A stretch of 64,000 nt of DNA from an uncultured bacterium (lineage in GTDB: Bacteria > Bacillota_I > Bacilli_A > RF39 > UBA660). This document shows, piece by piece, positions 36,709 to 43,775 of the stretch. The stretch covers positions 183,313 through 247,312 of the forward strand of contig CASEYV010000001.1 of the NCBI GenBank assembly GCA_949292245.1, in the 5' to 3' direction. Below the pieces are notes generated by a model. The model was not told the DNA's origin, did no database searches, and worked only from the letters and a program-made list of their open reading frames with translations. The stretch's first letter is position 1. Each line of letters starts with the position of its first letter. A program made the translations under genes and the position numbers.

Positions 36709-36915
36709 ATGACAAAATTAGAAACATTAATAAAATATTTGAAATCTAATACTAAACGTGATAATTTTTATTTTCTAAGACGTAGAGTCGATAAAGGAAA
36801 TGGTAAAAAAAGTTTAGGCTGGATATTAAAAAGAGATGATACTAATAAAATGATTGAAAGTTTAGATTTTTATAAATTGCACAATCAAAGAAATAAATTA
36901 AAGGAAAATATATAA
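36709..36915 (+). CDS. hypothetical small basic protein
   Basis: 68-aa ORF with an RBS, tightly packed with its neighbours. Confidence 0.45.
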   Translation: MTKLETLIKYLKSNTKRDNFYFLRRRVDKGNGKKSLGWILKRDDTNKMIESLDFYKLHNQRNKLKENI

Positions 36916-36917
36916 TA

Positions 36918-37427
36918 ATGCTTAATGCTTTACTTAATTTAGAAACATATGCTACGACAACCGATTCTGCGATAGCACAGATTTCTGTTGTATATTTTGA
37001 TGTAAATACAAAACAAATATTTAAAACATTTTTAGCTAATATAAATCCAGAATCGGAAATGAAGAATGGATATTATATTGATTTAGATACAGTTGAATGG
37101 TGGGATAAACAACCAAAAGAAATAAAAGATAAGTTGTTTGTATCTCAAATATCTATTAAAGAAGCATTAAATAAATTGTATGAATTTATAGAAACTGATA
37201 CCATATTATGGTGTAATAAACAATTTGACCCATATATTTTTACAAATGCGTTTAAAGTTGAAAATATATATTGTCCTATAAAATATAATAATTTTAAGGA
37301 TATAGATACATTATGTTATTTGGCTAACATTGATTCTTATAAAAAGATTCATGATGCTAATATTGACATATCAAATCAAATAGGCAGAATAATATCGGCT
37401 TATACAAAAATTAAAGAACCAATATAA
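36918..37427 (+). CDS. 3'-5' exonuclease, DEDDh / Rv2179c-like exoribonuclease pattern
   Basis: LNLETYATTTDSAIAQISVVYFD (Exo I-like) and a C-terminal IHDANIDISNQ (H-D-A-x-x-D, Exo III). Confidence 0.5.
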   Translation: MLNALLNLETYATTTDSAIAQISVVYFDVNTKQIFKTFLANINPESEMKNGYYIDLDTVEWWDKQPKEIKDKLFVSQISIKEALNKLYEFIETDTILWCNKQFDPYIFTNAFKVENIYCPIKYNNFKDIDTLCYLANIDSYKKIHDANIDISNQIGRIISAYTKIKEPI

Positions 37428-37439
37428 GGAATAAAATAA

Positions 37440-37757
37440 ATGATTGAAATAAAACGTACAGAAGAATATAATTCTTTAAATGGTAAAGTTCCTTGTTTAA
37501 TTGAATTTGGAACACCAGATACTTGTATTCCATGTAAAATGGCAAAAGAAAATTTAACAGAATTAGAAAATAATAAAAAATATGAGTTGACATATTATTT
37601 TTGTTCTGATATTAATATTATAACTTCATTAAATTATAGTGCTGTTCCTGTTCTTGTTTTAATTACTCCTCATAGAAAAGTAGAATTAACAGATAGTTCA
37701 GTAGCTATGGATATAGATGAATTATGTGATTGGATTGATAAAAATATTGGAGAATAA
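37440..37757 (+). CDS. thioredoxin/glutaredoxin-fold protein
   Basis: 105 aa with a CIPC active-site-like CxxC after a beta-strand (LIEFGTPDTCIPCKMAK). Confidence 0.55.
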   Translation: MIEIKRTEEYNSLNGKVPCLIEFGTPDTCIPCKMAKENLTELENNKKYELTYYFCSDINIITSLNYSAVPVLVLITPHRKVELTDSSVAMDIDELCDWIDKNIGE

Positions 37758-37759
37758 AT

Positions 37760-38236
37760 ATGGCTTCTATAACAGAGCGTGCTGGTATTAAGAAAAATCA
37801 AGTTTATGAATGTATTGCTGATTTTAATGACCCTTTTAATGATAAGATTAAATATAAAAAGGGTGATATTTTAATTGGTGATGATATTAAAAATATTGAT
37901 GAAACTAATATTCAATTTTTTAAATTGATTGGTGGTAGAGGAATTACTCATATTATTGGTAAAAATAATAAAGTAATTAAATTACATAGACGTCCAGTTG
38001 AAGTTGGTGATGTATTTTTTGTTAAATTTGCAAGAATTAAATACAAGTATGTTGCTGTTTTAGATGTATTGGAAGATTGCCAAATGGCTGCTGTTTATCC
38101 AACTTGTCTTGGATATTTGCCATTAGGTGCATTATGTCGTGAGGAACATAAAGGTTGGATTGGAGTAAACTACAATTTTGAATTTGATGTTCCAGAAAAA
38201 GTAAATTTAAAATCAAACGAAGATGAATTAGGATAA
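37760..38236 (+). CDS. hypothetical protein
   Basis: 158-aa ORF, tightly packed with its neighbours. Confidence 0.5.
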   Translation: MASITERAGIKKNQVYECIADFNDPFNDKIKYKKGDILIGDDIKNIDETNIQFFKLIGGRGITHIIGKNNKVIKLHRRPVEVGDVFFVKFARIKYKYVAVLDVLEDCQMAAVYPTCLGYLPLGALCREEHKGWIGVNYNFEFDVPEKVNLKSNEDELG

Positions 38237-38245
38237 AGGATTAAA

Positions 38246-38545
38246 ATGAATATTTTTGATGTAAGAACATTTAATGTTGATGAGCAAAATGCTATTAAAA
38301 CCGTTGTTGATGATACAGAAGAAGTATTAAATCAAATTAGTGATTTGAATACTCATATGGCTGAAAATTTAAAGGGTTTGTGTGAAAGACTTAATGAAGG
38401 TATTTCTGACCCAGATATGAAAATTAAACCTGCTTTATTAAAGAGTATGGCTAAAGCTAAAATTAAAAATAAAGAAGATATTGAAAAATCAAAAGATGCT
38501 ATTTCAGAAGTTGAAACTGGATTGCACGTTATTTATAAAATGTAA
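38246..38545 (+). CDS. hypothetical protein
   Basis: 99-aa ORF with an RBS. Confidence 0.5.
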   Translation: MNIFDVRTFNVDEQNAIKTVVDDTEEVLNQISDLNTHMAENLKGLCERLNEGISDPDMKIKPALLKSMAKAKIKNKEDIEKSKDAISEVETGLHVIYKM

Positions 38546-38566
38546 TAAATACTAACATTGTTAAAC

Positions 38567-38606
38567 ATGAATGGAAGTATGTTTAATATTTCCATTCATT
38601 CTTTTC
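38567..38606 (+). terminator. hairpin terminator
   Basis: atgaatggaa, a 13-nt loop, then ttccattcat followed by tcttttc. Confidence 0.55.
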
Positions 38607-38621
38607 TAAAAGGTGATATTT

Positions 38622-39092
38622 ATGAGTATAATGCTAACCAAGCAAGGATTTGAAAAAATTAATAATGAATTAAAAAAATTAATTGAAGTTGACCGACCTA
38701 TAGCTTCACAAATGTTGGCTGATACACGTCCTGTTGGTGTTGTTGAAGATAATCCAGAATATTTACAAGCTATTGATAATCAAGATAGATTGGAAAAGAA
38801 AATAATGGATTTAAGAAATATAATTAATGATTGTGTTATTTTTACAAAAGAAATGTGTAAACCGAATGTCGTTTCTTTTGGAGCAACTGTAAAATTTGTT
38901 AATTGTGAAACCGATGAAATAAAAGAATATACTATTGTTAGTATGTATGAATCAGATATTAATAATGGTTTAATATCTATTCAATCACCGTTTATTCGTT
39001 CAATGTATGGAACAAAAATTGGTGAGTATTTTGAATTTAATGATGTTGAATATTTGATTATAGATATAAATTATTCTCTTTTAAAAGATTAA
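38622..39092 (+). CDS. GreA/GreB-family transcript cleavage factor homolog
   Basis: MLTKQGFEKINNELKKL...RP...EDNPEYLQA...KIMDLRNII...VSFGATVKFVNCETDEIKEYTIVS..ESD...GLISIQSPFIRSMYGTKIGE aligns along the full length with E. coli GreA ([56 protein letters not shown]..EAD...LISVNSPIARGLIGKEEDD). The ATG at 38622 with an RBS is preferred over the GTG at 38613. Confidence 0.75.
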   Translation: MSIMLTKQGFEKINNELKKLIEVDRPIASQMLADTRPVGVVEDNPEYLQAIDNQDRLEKKIMDLRNIINDCVIFTKEMCKPNVVSFGATVKFVNCETDEIKEYTIVSMYESDINNGLISIQSPFIRSMYGTKIGEYFEFNDVEYLIIDINYSLLKD

Positions 39093-39507
39093 TTAAACTA
39101 TTTTTATATATATAATAAAAACCCCACATTGAAGAAATTTTATCTTCTAAAATTTCTGATTTTTTTTGATTATAATAATTTGTAAAAAATTCTATTTTTT
39201 CTTTATGACGAAACATTTCATGTTCTACATGTCTAATATAATCACCTTTTGCTGGGTATTTTATATTATCAACAATATATTTTGCTACTTCTTGAAAATG
39301 TATTTTATTGGCAATTTTTAATTTATTAGGACTATAAACTGAATAAAGTCCATTTTTTCCTAAAACTATTTTATGCTTTTTATATATGAATTTTAATTGA
39401 GGTAATTTTTTATCCAAAATAACCTTTGACATCATATATTCAATAGCATTTGCTATTTTATCATCTGTTAAAATTTTTTTCTTAATTTCATTAAAATTGT
39501 TTTTCAT
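39058..39507 (-). CDS. hypothetical protein
   Basis: The ORF is trimmed to the ATG at 39507, because the listed TTG start at 39525 lies inside the upstream terminator hairpin. Confidence 0.5.
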   Translation of the reverse strand: MKNNFNEIKKKILTDDKIANAIEYMMSKVILDKKLPQLKFIYKKHKIVLGKNGLYSVYSPNKLKIANKIHFQEVAKYIVDNIKYPAKGDYIRHVEHEMFRHKEKIEFFTNYYNQKKSEILEDKISSMWGFYYIYKNSLINLLKENNLYL

Positions 39508-39524
39508 AAAAATATTTATAAACA

Positions 39525-39554
39525 AAAATGGTGGATTAAATAATCCACCATTTT
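39525..39554 (-). terminator. rho-independent terminator after the 39558..40805 gene
   Basis: aaaatggtggatt-aaat-aatccaccatttt, followed by a T run on the minus strand. Confidence 0.75.
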
Positions 39555-39557
39555 TTA

Positions 39558-40805
39558 TTATTCGTCATCTCCGTCCCAATAATCTTCATTAATATCTTTA
39601 TAATTATCAATTAAATGTTTTTCAGGTTCAATATATCTTACATGTGATGGAGTAGATGAATCATCAAAATATTTTACAAATTCTATTTCATAGAAAAAAC
39701 CTAACCCACTTTTATATTCAATATTTTTAATAGTAGCTATGTCACCTGATTCGATATGGATTAATTGTTGACCTTTAGAAAATAAAGATTTTTGCATTGA
39801 TTCTAATAATTCTTCATCTTCATCATCTTCACCATCCCACTCATTGTCGGATATTTTTTCCCATTTAAAGAAAGCAGATTCTCTAATCCATTCATCATCA
39901 AAATAATTCCCTTTATCTGTTTTAATTTTATATAATGGACAACCATCTTCTGAATCATATTCATGAGAATCAGTTATGGTTACGATAATACCTGTTTTTG
40001 TTTTAAATTGGTCGCCAATATTAAATTGTGGAACACGATGATAGTATGTTTCATTTAATTCTTCATCATCTTCACCGTCCCAATAATCTTCTTTAACTTT
40101 GATATAATTTATAAGTAAAGGAGTATTATAAATATCATCTAAAACTTGATGTGTTGCAATATTTGTTAATTGATATACAGGTTGGCTATATAATTTATTA
40201 TTAAATGAAAAATATGTTCTTTTGATATCAGAAACTAAATATCTGTCGCTTTTTCCTATTTTTTTAAATTCATCACCTATTGAAGCTAATTCATCACATT
40301 CCATTTTAAGATGTTCTGGTAAATCATTTATATTTCCATTTGGTAAATCTGGTAAATGATTTCTTTTTAAAAATTCTTCACGGGCTCTATCATAAGTTTC
40401 ATTTATTTTTTTACCATTGAATTTATTCCATGCTTTACCATATAGATATTTTTTATATTGTTTTCCATATCTATCTTGAAATCTTTGTTTATTATCTTCA
40501 ATCCATTTTTCAATTTGAGAATCTGGTGGAGCTACTTCATCTATTGGTTTAGATAAAGCACATTTTCTACGACCTTTAGCTGTAAAATATATTTCATGTT
40601 GAGGATTTTTTCTACGACATAATAAACCTTTGGTTACCATATCAGAAGCAATACGTTGGTCGTATTCATCTAATTCTGATTTTAATAATTTACCATTTTC
40701 TTTAACTTTGGTATATATTTTCTTTTCATCATTATTTAATGAACGTAAAATACCATTTATAGATACGGTTTGAAAGTTTTCAATTATAAATTCATTAATT
40801 TTCAT
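39558..40805 (-). CDS. hypothetical protein with two small beta-rich repeats separated by DYWDG-acidic linkers
   Basis: 415 aa. The motifs are KEDYWDGEDDEELNE, NEWDGEDDEDEELLE and a C-terminal NEDYWDGDDE. Confidence 0.55.
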   Translation of the reverse strand: MKINEFIIENFQTVSINGILRSLNNDEKKIYTKVKENGKLLKSELDEYDQRIASDMVTKGLLCRRKNPQHEIYFTAKGRRKCALSKPIDEVAPPDSQIEKWIEDNKQRFQDRYGKQYKKYLYGKAWNKFNGKKINETYDRAREEFLKRNHLPDLPNGNINDLPEHLKMECDELASIGDEFKKIGKSDRYLVSDIKRTYFSFNNKLYSQPVYQLTNIATHQVLDDIYNTPLLINYIKVKEDYWDGEDDEELNETYYHRVPQFNIGDQFKTKTGIIVTITDSHEYDSEDGCPLYKIKTDKGNYFDDEWIRESAFFKWEKISDNEWDGEDDEDEELLESMQKSLFSKGQQLIHIESGDIATIKNIEYKSGLGFFYEIEFVKYFDDSSTPSHVRYIEPEKHLIDNYKDINEDYWDGDDE

Positions 40806-40807
40806 AA

Positions 40808-43114
40808 TTAAGCCTTATTATCTTTACTAATTTTTATTTGAGAAAAGTCAGCGACTTTAACTTTACCTGTCATTGGGTCTTTGACGATATATTTTTTATT
40901 TTGCATATCAGAGTCGTCAATACCAACTAATTCTTGATTATTGATAATTTCATTTGAAGTATTGTCAGTTACACCAACTTTTAAATTTGGATTATTATTG
41001 AGTTCATTATTTAATTCTTGTTCTTGTTTTTCTTTTTCTTGTGGTGTAATAACTGTATTTGTTTCCATATTATTTTCTTCTTCGATTAACATGTCGATAT
41101 AATAATGTGAAACACCTTCAAACATTGGTAATGATAAACAATCATTATATATATCATCTACAGCTTCAATAATAGTTTCTTTGTTGTTTGCTTTAACAAT
41201 AGATTCATTAACAAACAAATATCCTTTATTATCATATAAACGATATGATATTGTTTTATTGTTTAAATTAATGGAGCAAGGTATATTATTTTGGATTGAT
41301 TCTTTAAACATTTCAACCATTGTATCAGATTTTTTTCTTTTTTTAGTTTTGCTTCCTAATGGTTTAGCAACTCCAGAAACATTAGCTGAACAAGTTGCTC
41401 CTGCTGAACAAGTTTCTTTAATAGGCAAACCAATAACACCGTTTTTTGTTCTTTCTGGGTAATCACCATTATCGTTTTCATACCAAGAATGGTCAAATAC
41501 TGTATCTTCATTTAATTCTTCTTCATCATCTCCGTCCCAGTAATCTTCTGATTCTTGATTGTCATCATAATGATAATCATTATTGTCATCATAATCTACA
41601 GCTGTCATTGCTATATTTGCTAAAGTTACTTCTGGGTCAATATCATATGCTAATTTAATAATTTTTTGACATATATCAGAGGAAATATGTTTATTTCTGA
41701 TAGTATCATCAAGAATATTAGCAATTACATCTAATGAATCATGTCTATCAAATTCTTCACCTGATTCTTCAAAATAATCATATACTTTATTATCAGTTAT
41801 TGGTTTGTTTGGAGTGTTAAATGAAGACATTTTATATATTAATACTGCATCTGATATATATCTAATTCTTCTATAATCTGAAGATTCTAAATCATCATTA
41901 ACCGATTCATTTAATACTGAATTAAAATAATTTGATAATTGGGATAATAAAGTATTAATTGTTTGTAATTCTTCTATATTGTTTTCTCTTGAATCTGATT
42001 TAACACAATTCATATGCGATGATAATGCAGATAATGCTGAAATAGCTGATGCTTGGTCTGGTTTTTTAAGAATTGGAGCATCAATAGCTGTTGGTGATAT
42101 ATTCATTGGTTGAACAGATGTTGGATAATTTATATTATCACAATTATCACATGGTTCTAAACATAATTCAGCAGTTGGAAGTTCTTCAATATCACCTGTT
42201 TCTTTATTAACTGTAATATTAATAACAGTTGGTTTCATATTATTTAATAAACCATCAAATGTATTTTCATCACATACATCAGAAACTACTTGTTGAGCAA
42301 TACATTCTTCTATTTTAGGTTTACCGTTATTCATTTGGTTTAATCTTGTTTGAGCAATAGATTTTAAATGTTCTAATGTATTAATTTGAATAGTATTTTT
42401 AGCTACTGCTTTGTATTCATCTATCATTTTAATTAATTCTTCTAATGCAGATGGTTTATGAACAGAATCAACCCAAGTTTTAATAGAAGAAATAGTTTGT
42501 TCCAATGGTATTGCTTTTCTTATTTTTTCTTCGTTTATTTCTTCACTTTTTTTATTATCTTCTTTTTTATTTTCTTTTTTTTCTGTTGGACATTCAAAAG
42601 AATTTATAAACATTTCTATATCATTTTTCATTTGATATATTATTTGAGCTAAATTTTGACCATTTACTTGTAATTCTGTATTAAATTTAAGATTAGAATC
42701 ATTTACTTGTGATTGTTGAACCATACCTAAAAATGTATTAGCAACATTAGCATTGGATTTAGTTTTTATTATATTAAAGACACCTTGCATACATTTTGGT
42801 GATTTAATTTTTTTAGATACATCAACTACTAAATTATTTAATTCCATTACTTGATTTAAATTTAATGAAGATTCTTTTAATATTCTTTCTTTTTTAATTT
42901 TATTAAATTGTTCAAGACATAATTCATAATTGCCATCAGCAGAACCAGCCATTATTTCTAATATTTTTTGTCTTTTATTAGATAATGGTAATATATTATT
43001 TTCAGCTATAGTTGTTACGTTTAATAATTCATTAGTATTTAATTCTAATTTATTAAAAAATTTTGAAAATTCGTGTTCAGAACTTGTATTGAATACATCG
43101 TAAATGTTTGTCAT
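40808..43114 (-). CDS. large hypothetical early-type protein carrying the same DYWDGDDEEELNE motif
   Basis: 768-aa ORF whose stop lies 3 nt before the next start. No family recognised. Confidence 0.55.
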   Translation of the reverse strand: MTNIYDVFNTSSEHEFSKFFNKLELNTNELLNVTTIAENNILPLSNKRQKILEIMAGSADGNYELCLEQFNKIKKERILKESSLNLNQVMELNNLVVDVSKKIKSPKCMQGVFNIIKTKSNANVANTFLGMVQQSQVNDSNLKFNTELQVNGQNLAQIIYQMKNDIEMFINSFECPTEKKENKKEDNKKSEEINEEKIRKAIPLEQTISSIKTWVDSVHKPSALEELIKMIDEYKAVAKNTIQINTLEHLKSIAQTRLNQMNNGKPKIEECIAQQVVSDVCDENTFDGLLNNMKPTVINITVNKETGDIEELPTAELCLEPCDNCDNINYPTSVQPMNISPTAIDAPILKKPDQASAISALSALSSHMNCVKSDSRENNIEELQTINTLLSQLSNYFNSVLNESVNDDLESSDYRRIRYISDAVLIYKMSSFNTPNKPITDNKVYDYFEESGEEFDRHDSLDVIANILDDTIRNKHISSDICQKIIKLAYDIDPEVTLANIAMTAVDYDDNNDYHYDDNQESEDYWDGDDEEELNEDTVFDHSWYENDNGDYPERTKNGVIGLPIKETCSAGATCSANVSGVAKPLGSKTKKRKKSDTMVEMFKESIQNNIPCSINLNNKTISYRLYDNKGYLFVNESIVKANNKETIIEAVDDIYNDCLSLPMFEGVSHYYIDMLIEEENNMETNTVITPQEKEKQEQELNNELNNNPNLKVGVTDNTSNEIINNQELVGIDDSDMQNKKYIVKDPMTGKVKVADFSQIKISKDNKA

Positions 43115-43172
43115 TTTAATTCCTCTAATATATATCTTATAGAATTATTTATTTAATACAAATATCAATAAT

Positions 43173-43203
43173 AAAAAAAGAGAGAGTTAATTAACTCTCT
43201 CTT
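43173..43203 (-). terminator. rho-independent terminator (palindrome centred on TTAATTAA)
   Basis: aagagagagttaattaactctctctt, with a T7 run downstream on the minus strand. Confidence 0.85.
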
Positions 43204-43230
43204 AATATTTTAATTTCACTTCCGATTAAA

Positions 43231-43641
43231 TTAAAATGCTTCTTCAACAGTAGCTGTGCAAGCAAAACTAGTTGTACCGTCAACAGCTTTTAAGTTAGCA
43301 AATAATGCTTCGATTTTAGCTTTAGCATCTGTAACATTGTTTTTAGCAGATGGTTGAACTTTAGAAGCATCACCATAAACATTAGCTTGTTCTAATGTGA
43401 ATTTTAAAGTTTTTTCATCAACAGATGTGATGATTGGTTGACCACCATATGTTCTTAAAACTTCTAATGCTCTTAATAAGTTAGCTTGAGCTTGAGCAGC
43501 TTTAACTGGGTCAGAACTTACAGAAGTATGGTCTTTATCAATAGTAACATTTGTGAAAACAACTGTGTAGTATTGAACGCAACCGTTCAAAGCAGTAAAT
43601 TTACCTGGAAGTGTATAAGTTTTTCCAAAACCGTAATCCAT
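43231..43641 (-). CDS. abundant small protein of unknown function (136 aa)
   Basis: The start at Met-10 (43641) is preceded by a strong AAGGAG SD. Codon usage resembles that of the capsid and tube genes (gct, ggt, aac, ttc), and a very strong terminator follows. Confidence 0.55.
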   Translation of the reverse strand: MDYGFGKTYTLPGKFTALNGCVQYYTVVFTNVTIDKDHTSVSSDPVKAAQAQANLLRALEVLRTYGGQPIITSVDEKTLKFTLEQANVYGDASKVQPSAKNNVTDAKAKIEALFANLKAVDGTTSFACTATVEEAF

Positions 43642-43731
43642 TTTTTTCTCCTTAAAATAATGATACATTTAATTTGTATCTGTATGTATTTATTATAATT
43701 GATGATAATTTTAAAATTATATTATAATACT

Positions 43732-43739
43732 TATAAATA
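43732..43739 (+). promoter_or_regulatory. late promoter TATAAATA
   Basis: Exact motif 37 nt upstream of the ATG at 43776. Confidence 0.5.
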
Positions 43740-43775
43740 ATAATATAAAATTGATTATATAAAGGATTAAGAATT

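Noticed and set aside
39513-39520. TATAAATA motif on the minus strand only 5 nt upstream of the ATG at 39507, which would imply a leaderless late mRNA.
   Set aside because: It is too close to the start codon to be judged. The motif is expected by chance in this base composition, and the gene sits in an early-type block. It is left unannotated.
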